Source: a virus (Duplodnaviria > Caudoviricetes). Taken from it: 36,446 nucleotides of DNA. Positions within the stretch are counted from its first letter, which is position 1, and every line of letters begins with the position of its first letter. The stretch covers positions 1 through 36,446 of IMG/VR virus record IMGVR_UViG_3300037310_000612; one strand, written 5' to 3'. Below the pieces are notes generated by a model, which saw only the letters and a program-made list of their open reading frames with translations, was not told the origin of the DNA and made no database searches. Positions 1-9,506 of this stretch are shown in pieces. The translations under genes were made by a program, and so were the position numbers.

Positions 1-507
1 CTACTCGGAAAGGAAAGTATCAGGATCAAAAAGAGCAGGTGGTTTTTCCTTGTTTGAAAGATCCTGTTGTTTAAATCTTAATCTTTTTCTTTCCTTCATA
101 GACATTTTAGGAAACCCTTGTTTTAGCTGATAAGTATACTTTGGATACTTATCAGTATTCTTTTCCCAGTACTCGTAAATCTTTTCACGAGCTTCTTCAC
201 AAAGTTTTACTGATATTTTTGTTATACGTTTGTTAAATTCCGATTTCATCCACTCCATTACTTCAGTATAAGAATTACTATCAAGTACAAATCTTCCTAA
301 AGATATATCAAAAATCCGCCATTTATTGTCTGTTGTTGTGTCTTCAAAAATCACATACCATGGTAAATGCAAAGCTGTTTTTAAATTTACTTTTGTTTTT
401 TTATTCTTTAAATAAACTCCTAAAACATCCTCTGCCTCTTTATCTATTATTCTCTTTACATTTAAGTAATTTACAGATATTTTCTGTGTTTCTTTATCGG
501 GGATCAT
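1..507 (-). CDS. Hypothetical phage protein
   Basis: 168-aa ORF. Its ATG overlaps the TGA of the upstream nblA-like gene (ATGA coupling). No motif recognised. Confidence 0.6.
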   Translation of the reverse strand: MIPDKETQKISVNYLNVKRIIDKEAEDVLGVYLKNKKTKVNLKTALHLPWYVIFEDTTTDNKWRIFDISLGRFVLDSNSYTEVMEWMKSEFNKRITKISVKLCEEAREKIYEYWEKNTDKYPKYTYQLKQGFPKMSMKERKRLRFKQQDLSNKEKPPALFDPDTFLSE

Positions 508-677
508 AGTACTTTATGCATTAAATCTTTTAATAAATTGTTTTTTATCATTAGTTGTTTTACCAACTCGATTAACATTATTTCCAATTCTTCTTTTGGT
601 GCTAGATTGGCAGCCATTTTTATTCTTTCTATTTCAAACTTTTGTTCTAGAGTTAACTCAAAGCTTTCTACTTTCAT
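504..677 (-). CDS. nblA: NblA-like phycobilisome degradation protein (57 aa, absent from ORF track)
   Basis: Manual translation: MKVESFELTLEQKFEIERIKMAANLAPKEELEIMLIELVKQLMIKNNLLKDLMHKVL. Has the NblA-type L(S/T)LEQxF start, a second helix LxxQLMIKxN, and typical size. Confidence 0.75.
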   Translation of the reverse strand: MKVESFELTLEQKFEIERIKMAANLAPKEELEIMLIELVKQLMIKNNLLKDLMHKVL

Positions 678-720
678 TGTACAATATACGTAAGTAAATT
701 ATCCAATTAGTATACTACGT

Positions 721-1059
721 ATGGTGAAAAAAGAATATATAAAAATAGACAGAAATAATTACGAAACTATTCACTTAAATGTACATGAAAAAACATGCTT
801 TCTTTATAAAATCGACGGCGTTCTTTTTCTCGCTCAAAAAACCTTAGGTGATATAGCACGAAAAAATCCTAGTAGTGTTTCCCGATGGTTGAATTATACT
901 AATAGTCCCTATTTTAAAGTTTCTTTACAAGGGGAAAAGAAAAAACTAATAGCATTACCAATAGCAGCTAAATATTTAGCCGATCAGCTAATAAATCAAA
1001 ACAACCTAACTATCCAGCAACTAGCTGTAGATTTAATATTATTAAGAATTAAGCGGTGA
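721..1059 (+). CDS. Putative HTH DNA-binding protein
   Basis: HTH-like segment AQKTLGDIARKNPSSVSRWL. Transcribed divergently from nblA. Confidence 0.5.
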   Translation: MVKKEYIKIDRNNYETIHLNVHEKTCFLYKIDGVLFLAQKTLGDIARKNPSSVSRWLNYTNSPYFKVSLQGEKKKLIALPIAAKYLADQLINQNNLTIQQLAVDLILLRIKR

Positions 1060-2688
1060 ATATAATTTTAGTTCTGTTTTATTTCCGTTGTTATTTATAG
1101 AATGCGTTATTTGATCTATGTACCAAATTCTATCCAGTACATCATTTATTCCTTTTGTTTTTATACTATCTCCAGGATTTAATTTCAGTGTTTTTTTATT
1201 TAATATGATACTGAAATTACTAGGCAATTGTTTCAATCTGGCTGTTTTTTCTCTATCTTTGTTGCTTTCTGTGGTGGTTGTTGTTGGTAACGGTGTTGCT
1301 TCTCCAGTTTGCGCAGTAGTATCAGTTTTTTGTGGGGCATTTTGTTTTATTTTTCCTGTATCAAAATCTACAGATATTTTAGATTCTTTTTCTATATCTT
1401 GTGAAACTGGAGATAAATCAGTAGATGCTTTATCTTCAATATTAAATCCTATTAAATCAGTATAATCAATTGTTAATTCAGGTTCTTTTATGTCTCTAGT
1501 TTTATTTAATAATATTTCTTTTATTTCTTTATTTTCTCTAACAATATAACCGTGCTTATTTGCTTCTCTAATTATCAATTGATAATCGGATAATCCGCTC
1601 TGATCTACGTACCCTAATTCTGTATCTTCTCCTAGCAATGTAATTTTTAATCCAGATCTGTTTGAAATTAGTAGACAAAGCTTAGACATTGTTGTGTTTT
1701 GGTAAGCTGTATTTAACTTTTGACGTGCCAGCAACCATCTTGCTCCTTGTCCAAATATTGTTGTTTTGTTATTGTGATTTGTGCTTGTAGCACTATGTGT
1801 AAAATAGAATTTTTCGTCGTTTTCTATTACTATCTCTATTTCCCTCCCTTTTATATTATTTTCTGTATTTTGTAATGTTGTTTGTGTTTCCTTAATTTTA
1901 TTTATAGGTTCTGTTTTTTTTGTATCATTTGTATTAGTATCTGGAGGTATACTTGCATCTAATTGTGGTAATCTTTTAAGCCAATTTTCCGCATAATTAG
2001 CAACAATATCTGCACTTTCTAGTGCATTTACTATTCTTCTTGCATTATAAAAATCTCTATTATTCCCGTTTATATAATCGCTTAATTTCTTGTTAGTGAA
2101 CTTACCATCGCGCATACCTACTATTAATATTTCAGAAGCTATATCTTCTCTTTCTGCTAATGATGGGTCTGTTAAAATACCTAAGTATTTGAATTTTTTA
2201 TAATTAGCTTCTCCGCATATTTGAACATATCCTCTAGCTAAATGCTTAACACCGCAAACATTACCGCTATTTTCATTCACCATATCAGCACCCATAGAGC
2301 TTTCTTTTTCGGCTGTAGCTAATATGTAAGCAATTTGCCCTGGATCGTTAATACCGTGCTTTCTTGCATCATTAATTAATTTTTTAGCAGTTTCTTCATA
2401 GGCTTTTGATATTTCTGGGGGAGGAGATAAATTACCTCCTTTGGGTTTAGAGAAATTTACATTTATTTGCGAATTACTGTTAGTTTGGTTGTTTGAATTT
2501 ATATTTAATAAACCTCCCATTTTAATTAAACTGGCAGCAATTAAATTTTGAGGATCGTTTATTACAATTTGGCATGTAGAGCTTTTTTCATTTTGACCTA
2601 GAGATATTACAACACTTGTTAATTTTAAATCTCCAGTTTTAAATTCTAAATCGGCTATTTTTACTTTTACGTTCATCCCCATAACCAC
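1042..2688 (-). CDS. Baseplate hub (gpD/late-control-D-like) with inserted GH19-type muramidase domain
   Basis: Hub-like N- and C-parts (STCQIVINDP; DQSGLSDYQLIIREA; PGDSI...WYIDQITHS). They flank a GH19-like block QIAYILATAEKES...RGYVQICGEANY...DFYNARRIVN. Confidence 0.75.
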   Translation of the reverse strand: MVMGMNVKVKIADLEFKTGDLKLTSVVISLGQNEKSSTCQIVINDPQNLIAASLIKMGGLLNINSNNQTNSNSQINVNFSKPKGGNLSPPPEISKAYEETAKKLINDARKHGINDPGQIAYILATAEKESSMGADMVNENSGNVCGVKHLARGYVQICGEANYKKFKYLGILTDPSLAEREDIASEILIVGMRDGKFTNKKLSDYINGNNRDFYNARRIVNALESADIVANYAENWLKRLPQLDASIPPDTNTNDTKKTEPINKIKETQTTLQNTENNIKGREIEIVIENDEKFYFTHSATSTNHNNKTTIFGQGARWLLARQKLNTAYQNTTMSKLCLLISNRSGLKITLLGEDTELGYVDQSGLSDYQLIIREANKHGYIVRENKEIKEILLNKTRDIKEPELTIDYTDLIGFNIEDKASTDLSPVSQDIEKESKISVDFDTGKIKQNAPQKTDTTAQTGEATPLPTTTTTESNKDREKTARLKQLPSNFSIILNKKTLKLNPGDSIKTKGINDVLDRIWYIDQITHSINNNGNKTELKLYSPLNS

Positions 2689-3122
2689 TGTATTTGTTGG
2701 TAATCGTAAGCTTGATCTTTATCTAAATTTTCCTTCGATTCTTTCTCTTTCTTTTCTGTTTGAATATTATCAATAATTTTTTCAATAGATTCGTACAAAC
2801 CGTATATATCTCTTGCTGTGTTTGCATAATCTTGTACTTTTTTTAATGTTTCTTTATCTAACACTAATTCACTTAAAGTAAGCGTCGAGTTAATTAAATT
2901 TTCAGTTGTTATTTCTTTAGGTTCAAACGTGTAAGGATCTGTACCAAATAAGTCAAAAGCCGCCCTAACATATTTAGTACTTCCCCAATATTTTTCCGTA
3001 ATCTCGTACAAAATAGGTACCCCAGTTTTCTTCAAATCATTGAGGTCTAGTGTAGATAATATCTTTGTATACTCTGTCGCTTGTCGTATTATTTCCGTTT
3101 GTTCCTGTTGTGTTAGCGCCAT
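2673..3122 (-). CDS. Putative baseplate/tail protein
   Basis: Lies between the tube-initiator-like gene and the hub. Degenerate LysM-like stretch LYEITEKYWG. Confidence 0.45.
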   Translation of the reverse strand: MALTQQEQTEIIRQATEYTKILSTLDLNDLKKTGVPILYEITEKYWGSTKYVRAAFDLFGTDPYTFEPKEITTENLINSTLTLSELVLDKETLKKVQDYANTARDIYGLYESIEKIIDNIQTEKKEKESKENLDKDQAYDYQQIQWLWG

Positions 3123-3657
3123 TTTGCGTTGTGTTTGTTGTAATTTTGTTTTCTGATGGTGTTTTGTTATTTGTTGAATTAGTCGCAGTTGATATAGCAG
3201 TTTCTTGTAAAATCATTGAGCCTGTGATAAAAGAAGGTATACCTCTAACCCACTTTGATTCAATAAAATTTATACCAGATATTATTAAATTTTTTTGAAT
3301 TCTATCACCCCATACTAATTTAAAAATGTTGTTTACTTTGTTGTTTTTTGGAGGTGAAGTGAACGAATCTAAAAGACCTAAATAGCTTTTAAAGTTACCC
3401 CACTGTACTGGCGAGCTAAATATAAATTGAATTGTAATTGTTAATTGCCTAGACCCGTATTGATAATTTGGAGCAATACCTTTTAAAGTTTCTGTATTTC
3501 CATGTTTTAAGGTAATTTGATAATTTATTGTCTGGGGATTCAATAAAAATTCAAATGATTTAGATCCATCTTCTGTAAATAATTTAGCAAATACCCCTCC
3601 AGTAGGTTTTTGCCCTTTATCTATAGTTACTTTGCTGTTGAAGTATTTTGGTGCCAT
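3037..3657 (-). CDS. Tail tube initiator-like protein
   Basis: FEFLLNPQTI and FKLVWG motifs typical of tube-initiator/gpU-like proteins. Upstream of hub. Confidence 0.6.
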   Translation of the reverse strand: MAPKYFNSKVTIDKGQKPTGGVFAKLFTEDGSKSFEFLLNPQTINYQITLKHGNTETLKGIAPNYQYGSRQLTITIQFIFSSPVQWGNFKSYLGLLDSFTSPPKNNKVNNIFKLVWGDRIQKNLIISGINFIESKWVRGIPSFITGSMILQETAISTATNSTNNKTPSENKITTNTTQNGANTTGTNGNNTTSDRVYKDIIYTRPQ

Positions 3658-3694
3658 CTTATTTTCGGCTTTGACTCCATTTCTTATTTTAGTT

Positions 3695-3750
3695 TGGTCA
3701 GTTTTTTGGATTAAAATAGCGCGTTATTATATATCAGAAAAAAGTGACCA
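3695..3750. repeat. Dispersed palindromic element R1
   Basis: TGGTCAGTTTTTTGGATTAAAATAGCGCGTTATTATATATCAGAAAAAAGTGACCA; the most degenerate copy. Confidence 0.9.
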
Positions 3751-3775
3751 TTGTATTTCAGCTTATTGTCATCAT

Positions 3776-4147
3776 TTAACGTCGTTGTCTATCGGCTAGA
3801 ATCCTTACGTATAAGGTATTTGTTATATAATTGTTGTCGTCTAACCACAATAAAATGCCCGATCCCGCTATTCCTTCAATTGAATAATCGCCCGTTAAGT
3901 CTTCTCGAGATGCCCAGGATTTTGATACTTCGGATATTACCAGATCGTTTTTAGTTAATGTTAGATTCTCATCTAAAAAGTGACCAACCTGGCTTAATCG
4001 GACTTTGTGCACGATTCCTTTAAAAACAATAGCTGTATTATTTTGGCGATTTAGTACAGAAATTTGACGGTACGTAGGAACCTCAAATTTTTCATTTAAT
4101 TCACTCAAGTTTTTATGTAATTCCTGAAATTTATTTAAGAGCCCCAT
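3776..4147 (-). CDS. Putative head-closure/neck protein
   Basis: Size and position within the connector cluster after the capsid gene. Confidence 0.45.
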   Translation of the reverse strand: MGLLNKFQELHKNLSELNEKFEVPTYRQISVLNRQNNTAIVFKGIVHKVRLSQVGHFLDENLTLTKNDLVISEVSKSWASREDLTGDYSIEGIAGSGILLWLDDNNYITNTLYVRILADRQRR

Positions 4148-4449
4148 ATAGAAGAAATCACATAAGAAGTAACTTTATCTGAGTAGAATTTTTTTATTGC
4201 GGGTATACTGCGAGAGACCATCCGCCTCCCTACGAATCTACTCGTACCGTATTCTACATAGGCAGCATAATGCTGTTTGTTTGCTGCGTACAATCTATTA
4301 TTAATTTCATGACCAGACCAATTCCTTTTTAAGGCTCCAGTACGTACTGGGGTTTTGTCAGAAATTTGTCCAATGGCATACTGAAGAGTTTCTCTGGCAG
4401 CTCGGCGCACAGCTTTATTTATTGGCGATCGGTAGTTACGTAGGCGCAT
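4135..4449 (-). CDS. HK97 gp10-like tail completion protein
   Basis: TPVRTGALKRNW and YAAYVEYGT signature motifs. Confidence 0.85.
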   Translation of the reverse strand: MRLRNYRSPINKAVRRAARETLQYAIGQISDKTPVRTGALKRNWSGHEINNRLYAANKQHYAAYVEYGTSRFVGRRMVSRSIPAIKKFYSDKVTSYVISSIWGS

Positions 4450-4456
4450 AAGTAAT

Positions 4457-4795
4457 TTACCAATAATTTAAAAGTGATATAGGTTTATTAAGTGTGGTTT
4501 GTGAATATTTGTTAAACTTTATAGGTTGTTCGACAAGGGAAGAAAGCAACAGAAGCAAGCTGTTGCCATGCGATAACAAACGTCGTCGGTGATTTTTAAA
4601 GTCGACATCAATTGACCCAATTTTTGTAGCCATTCCGTCAGTCAATAAGTTTTCGATTTTTTGGTCGAGGGTAGAAATCTCCGTAATAATTTTCTCTATT
4701 TCCTCTACTACCAAAGGCGCGCGCTCGCTAATCCAGTTAGAAGGTGTGCTTGCGTATCCTAGTAATATCCAGCTTTTATCGGGTACAAGTGTCAT
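4457..4795 (-). CDS. Putative head-tail adaptor
   Basis: First gene after the capsid gene. Helical with a TKIGSIDVDF hairpin as in adaptor proteins. Confidence 0.5.
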   Translation of the reverse strand: MTLVPDKSWILLGYASTPSNWISERAPLVVEEIEKIITEISTLDQKIENLLTDGMATKIGSIDVDFKNHRRRLLSHGNSLLLLLSSLVEQPIKFNKYSQTTLNKPISLLNYW

Positions 4796-4814
4796 AAATA
4801 CCTAGTTAAATGTG

Positions 4815-4871
4815 TGGTCACTTTTTTGTGTTTATATATAGCGCGCTATGTTTAATACAAAAAAATGACCA
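4815..4871. repeat. Dispersed palindromic element R2
   Basis: TGGTCACTTTTTTGTGTTTATATATAGCGCGCTATGTTTAATACAAAAAAATGACCA. Confidence 0.95.
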
Positions 4872-4877
4872 GCAAGA

Positions 4878-5837
4878 TTATACGGGAACGAATTTGATTG
4901 CGTTTACGGATCGGCGATTAAAGACTTGCAATTGTGGAATAACGCCCAATTCGTATTTGTCAGCATACATATTTTGAGTAGTCAGTTCTTTAATTTTGAA
5001 GACTAAGTTTTCCACGGACGTAGATTCTTTGATTGCGTAGGTGTGAACTGTGATGTCTTTTGTATCCAAAAAATACATAGTATTAGGAGTACAGTGAGGG
5101 TCTTCAAGAATCGGGCGACCATTCCAAGACAACATGGAAAGAGCTAATTCAGCATTAGGCATTCCAGGATTAGTGAAGATCTGGCGTTTGTCATCAAATA
5201 AAGCTGCGTAAGCCAAAGCGACATCAGGAGAAGTGATGATCAGATCGTAATCAGTCTCACGGATCATGATTTCTTTATCAAATTCGCGGAGCATACTAGT
5301 AGTAAATTCCGTGTCGATGGAACCTGTAAAGTTTACATTTTTTACGTAAGACTCCCAGTCAGTAGCAGTTACACCTGCATAAGCTGACGCATTATCAATA
5401 ACTCTTTCGAGACCTACAACACGAGCTTTAGCTTTGGTACCATCCCCGTTAAAGATAGCTTTGTTAAATTCACGTAAAATTTTTGTCAAACCTCTACGTA
5501 AATGAGCAGAGAACAAATTCTGAACTGCTGATGGCGCGGTATTCATAGCTTGCTCGAGATCGACTAAATTCACACTAAAAGAGTGTGTGAAGGCGGTTTG
5601 CCCGATATTGAGCGTTGCAGGTTCGATCTCAGCCGTAGTGTTGGCGATCGCATCTTCATCTACATCTTTAGCCGAAATAGACGGTTGAGAGATTTCCGCA
5701 GACCATTTAATCTGGGTCTGATGGCAAATCCCCCTAGGTAATTGTGAGAGCGTGCGGTATTTGACTAATTGTGTTTGGGCGATCTCATCAGCGATCATCA
5801 TTGTAAGAATGCCCAGTGGATTTAATGTGTCTGTCAT
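4878..5837 (-). CDS. Major capsid protein (HK97 fold)
   Basis: 319 aa with AIFNGDG, WNGRPILEDPHC and TMYFLD segments. Follows the scaffold gene. Confidence 0.8.
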   Translation of the reverse strand: MTDTLNPLGILTMMIADEIAQTQLVKYRTLSQLPRGICHQTQIKWSAEISQPSISAKDVDEDAIANTTAEIEPATLNIGQTAFTHSFSVNLVDLEQAMNTAPSAVQNLFSAHLRRGLTKILREFNKAIFNGDGTKAKARVVGLERVIDNASAYAGVTATDWESYVKNVNFTGSIDTEFTTSMLREFDKEIMIRETDYDLIITSPDVALAYAALFDDKRQIFTNPGMPNAELALSMLSWNGRPILEDPHCTPNTMYFLDTKDITVHTYAIKESTSVENLVFKIKELTTQNMYADKYELGVIPQLQVFNRRSVNAIKFVPV

Positions 5838-5852
5838 AGTAATTTATACCTG

Positions 5853-6368
5853 TTAGTTAGTAGAATAGCGCGAAGAATAAGCAGCTTGTAGGAGCTTGCC
5901 ATAATCTGGGCGAGAATTTACAGAACTGTTGTTTTGTAAAGGTTGCTCTGGTATCCGTATACCAGAACCTTTAGAAGGAGAAGGCGGAAGAAATAATTTA
6001 CCAACATCGCTATCAATCAATTCATTAACAAGATCGTCAATTCCACGACCATCTTTAGTTAACCAGCCATTGGAAGTTTCCTTTAAAGAATCAGGATTAT
6101 TTCTTCGTAAGAAGATATCTAAAAAAGCCTGAGGTTGGAGAATATTTAATTCTGAAAATTTAGATAATAAAGTGGTGTCGAGTCTTGATAAACGTGCGAG
6201 TTCGCGTTCTTTATCGCGTTCTTTTTCAATCCTTTCAATTTTAGAGGTAAGAGCAGAAATTAATTCAGAATTTGGTTCTGGATTGCTCTCTAATTTTAAA
6301 TTTTGTTGTGGTGGATTAGTGTTAGTTGGTTCCGAATTATCAATTAAAGAAGGTGAATCATCAACCAT
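5853..6368 (-). CDS. Capsid scaffolding protein
   Basis: Acidic/Pro-rich N-terminus, coiled coil, and FLPPSPSKGSG tail. Directly upstream of MCP. Likely start is ATG 6368 rather than 6425. Confidence 0.65.
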   Translation of the reverse strand: MVDDSPSLIDNSEPTNTNPPQQNLKLESNPEPNSELISALTSKIERIEKERDKERELARLSRLDTTLLSKFSELNILQPQAFLDIFLRRNNPDSLKETSNGWLTKDGRGIDDLVNELIDSDVGKLFLPPSPSKGSGIRIPEQPLQNNSSVNSRPDYGKLLQAAYSSRYSTN

Positions 6369-6456
6369 AAAATTTGATAGATCTAAAGTAAATATTAGTG
6401 CCTTTATATATATGCATTTGCACATATAGAAACATTAAATATTTACGCTAAGAATA

Positions 6457-8442
6457 ATGCGGCAAAGATCGGCAGCAAATATAAGAGCCAGTGTAGCTGG
6501 TGGTGGTAAAGCGCCATATAAAAGGCACAGATTTAGAGCAGAATTACATCCAAGAGGGAGCAACGGTCGGTTTATAGAAACCCCAGACGATCCGAAAACA
6601 GCAAAAGATAAACTGAGATCGCAATTAAAAAATCCAAAATTTAGAGAAAAATTCAATAAATTAACACCGTTACAGCAAAAAAGATTTATTGCTGTTTTAA
6701 ATTCTGCTTATCACGATAAGCCCTTAAAAGTAAAAAATTATAAATTAATAAACGAGGCAGAAAAACAACAAAAAGAAAGAGAAGAAATAGAACGTAAAGA
6801 GAGGGAACGACAAGAGAGGGAACGACAAGAGTCAATTTCTTTACAAAATAAATCAACAAACGAAGAATTACGTATATACAAAAAGATCAAATCTAAGGAT
6901 GCAAAATTAGAACATTTAGGTTATAAAAAGCCTGAGAAAACTATTACAGAATCTACAGATAATTCAACCACTATCAATGTAGAAACTAATGAACTCAATG
7001 ATACGAAAAAGACTAAATACACAAAAGCCCAAATAGAGGAGAGGAGAAAAGTATTAAAAGATTACGGATTAGATTCAATAAGAATAGATAAAGAAGGAAT
7101 AGCAAAAATAAAACCGTTAATTGAGATAGCGGAACCTGTAGCTAAAACTTCAGCAACTATAGAAAATGGTAAATTTGCGCTCTGGGAGAATTCAGATAAA
7201 GGGGATCACAAATACGGATTTAACAGAACAGAAACTGACGATTTTGAATATAAAGTAAAACTAGAAGATGGCGAAGTAGTAGCCTTAAATACTAATAAAG
7301 GTGTAATTGAATTAGCGGGAGTAAAAACTTACGGTGTACCTTCTTTTAGAAAAGATTATAGTAAAGCAAAATCAGAAACTTTAATCAATCAACTAGTAGA
7401 AATCACTTCAATTGTAGAGTCAAACATACCAGCAAAAGGATTACAGTGGCAGAAAACTAATCATGGTGTGATAGATCCAAGAGTATTAGGAAATAGGAAA
7501 GAAGGTGTAACGCAATTACACCATATAAATCAGTGGGCAAAAGATAATTTCAAAGAAATAATTAATAGATATGAAGAAGAAGTAGTTACTTTAAAAACAA
7601 TTAAAGAAAAAAAAGAAAGATTTGAAAGATTGGTTAAAGATTTTGAGGATATAAAATTACCCACCAATCCTCTATATCCAAAGATGATTCATGGTATTGA
7701 TATAGAAAAAGGTGAACAAGACTACGTACTTTTACCTGGTAACGCGCATGATGTAAAAAATAGGAGAGCGTTTGAGCTAAATCATCCAAAAGGTTTAGAT
7801 TTAAGCAGTAGTTTAAAATATGAAGAATTAACAACACCAGAAGGTAAATTAACAAAAAATGCGGTAAAACAGTATGGATTACCAACTAGACTAATAGCTA
7901 AAAAAGAAAACGATACAATTTATGGTATTTTACTTGATGAAAATGGATCTGAAACATATAAATCTCCAATGGAAAAAGTGGAGAAACAGTATAGAGATCG
8001 AGCTTGGCACGATTGGTACAGAGAGAATTTCTGGAGAGAATATTACAAAGATGAAGCTAAAAAAATAGCGAGTGAAATAGACAAAAGAATGAAGCTAGAT
8101 GTGTCGAAAAAAGAGCACTTAAGTAGAGATGTGGTACAGCAACTCTGGGAGACTAAAATAGAAAAATATAAAGATAGTTGGAATAAATTAAAAGAGTATA
8201 ATAAAGAAACTAAACTAAACGGAAAAGATCAATTACAGTGGTTATCAGAAGCATCTGGAGAAAAAGAAAAAACGCTAACTAGAGAAGAAAAAGCAGAACA
8301 AAAACAAAAATTAGTATTAGAAAAAGAAGAACAAAAGAAAAAACTAGCACTAGAAAAAGCAGAGAAAAAACAGAAACTAGTATTAGAAAAAGCAGAACAA
8401 AAGCAGAAATTAGCATTAGAAAAAGCAGAGAAAAAACAATGA
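6457..8442 (+). CDS. Large protein with HPRxxxGRF motif, LHH-like nuclease motif and coiled-coil repeats
   Basis: ELHPRGSNGRF near the N-terminus, TQLHHINQ centrally, and 11-aa repeats at the C-terminus. Confidence 0.55.
   Translation: MRQRSAANIRASVAGGGKAPYKRHRFRAELHPRGSNGRFIETPDDPKTAKDKLRSQLKNPKFREKFNKLTPLQQKRFIAVLNSAYHDKPLKVKNYKLINEAEKQQKEREEIERKERERQERERQESISLQNKSTNEELRIYKKIKSKDAKLEHLGYKKPEKTITESTDNSTTINVETNELNDTKKTKYTKAQIEERRKVLKDYGLDSIRIDKEGIAKIKPLIEIAEPVAKTSATIENGKFALWENSDKGDHKYGFNRTETDDFEYKVKLEDGEVVALNTNKGVIELAGVKTYGVPSFRKDYSKAKSETLINQLVEITSIVESNIPAKGLQWQKTNHGVIDPRVLGNRKEGVTQLHHINQWAKDNFKEIINRYEEEVVTLKTIKEKKERFERLVKDFEDIKLPTNPLYPKMIHGIDIEKGEQDYVLLPGNAHDVKNRRAFELNHPKGLDLSSSLKYEELTTPEGKLTKNAVKQYGLPTRLIAKKENDTIYGILLDENGSETYKSPMEKVEKQYRDRAWHDWYRENFWREYYKDEAKKIASEIDKRMKLDVSKKEHLSRDVVQQLWETKIEKYKDSWNKLKEYNKETKLNGKDQLQWLSEASGEKEKTLTREEKAEQKQKLVLEKEEQKKKLALEKAEKKQKLVLEKAEQKQKLALEKAEKKQ
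8287..8439 (+). repeat. 33-bp tandem repeat, about 4.6 copies (EKAEQKQKLVL-like)
   Basis: Units begin GAAAAAG at 8287, 8320, 8353, 8386 and 8419. Confidence 0.9.
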
Positions 8443-9467
8443 CCTTAAAAAATTTAGTATATGACAACAGAGTAGAAAAAGAAGTAAAGCGGATCTGGAA
8501 AGGTGATACTGACCATATTATGAGGTTAAACGACATCAAATATAACTGGGCAACTGCTCTATATAGGCAGATGAGGCAAAATATTTGGATACCACAAAAA
8601 GTTGATTTAACCCCTGATGTAACAAGCTTTAATTCGTTAACTAATGCTGAAAAAACAACTTATAAAGGGATACTTAGCTATTTGACTTTTTTAGATAGTA
8701 TCCAGACAAATAATATTCCAAATATCATACAAAAAATAACTGCACCAGAAATAAAATTATGCTTAGCAGAGCAATTATCACAAGAAGCTATGCACAATGA
8801 AAGCTATCAATATGTGATTGAAACTGTAATACCAATCGAAGAAAGAGAGAGTATTTATAATTTTTGCCAGACTAATTTTATACTAAAAGAACGATGTGAA
8901 TACATCGCAAATTTATATAATAATTATGTTACTTTCGAGTCAGATTTTCATTATTTCATAGCTTTAGTAGCAGATTATGTATTAGAGAGTTTGTATTTTT
9001 ACAACGGGTTTATTGTGTTTTATACATTAGCGTTTAGACAAAGTATGTCCGCAACTGCTGATATTATAAAATTGATTCACAGAGACGAAAAAACCCATGT
9101 GGTTTTGTATCAAAATTTATTGTTAGAGGCTTTGAAAAATAATATATTTAATGTAAAAGGAGATGTAGAGATAATAAAAGGTATTTTCAGAGAAGCGTGT
9201 GAACAGGAGATAAAATGGTCTCATTATATCTGCAAGGATTTTCTGGGAGTAACTGAAGAAAGTATAGAAAATTATACTAAATGGTTGGTTAATACCCGTG
9301 CGATCGCTATAGGAATAGGGGAGATTTATGAGAAGGTGAGCAACCCATATAAGCATTTAGATAATATTGCAGATATCAGCAGTAGTGGAGGTACAAAAAC
9401 AAACTTCTTTGAAGCTGGAGTGACTGCCTACAATACTGCTGATGCTATTGATGGTTGGGATTTCTAA
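8439..9467 (+). CDS. nrdB: Class I ribonucleotide reductase beta subunit
   Basis: WIPQKVDL, FLDSIQ, EAMHNESY (metal ligands plus radical Tyr), ESLYFYNGF, RDEKTH and C-terminal NFFE...Y. Confidence 0.95.
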   Translation: MTLKNLVYDNRVEKEVKRIWKGDTDHIMRLNDIKYNWATALYRQMRQNIWIPQKVDLTPDVTSFNSLTNAEKTTYKGILSYLTFLDSIQTNNIPNIIQKITAPEIKLCLAEQLSQEAMHNESYQYVIETVIPIEERESIYNFCQTNFILKERCEYIANLYNNYVTFESDFHYFIALVADYVLESLYFYNGFIVFYTLAFRQSMSATADIIKLIHRDEKTHVVLYQNLLLEALKNNIFNVKGDVEIIKGIFREACEQEIKWSHYICKDFLGVTEESIENYTKWLVNTRAIAIGIGEIYEKVSNPYKHLDNIADISSSGGTKTNFFEAGVTAYNTADAIDGWDF

Positions 9468-9506
9468 GGTTATAATGAGAGTACAGAAAAAAAAAGAGTT
9501 GTAATT

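Noticed and set aside
541-546. Suspected frameshift in the nblA A-run
   Set aside because: Recount gives six bases; the gene is in frame to TGA at 504.
6457-8442. nrdA expected upstream of nrdB
   Set aside because: The protein has no cysteines and no RNR alpha motifs.
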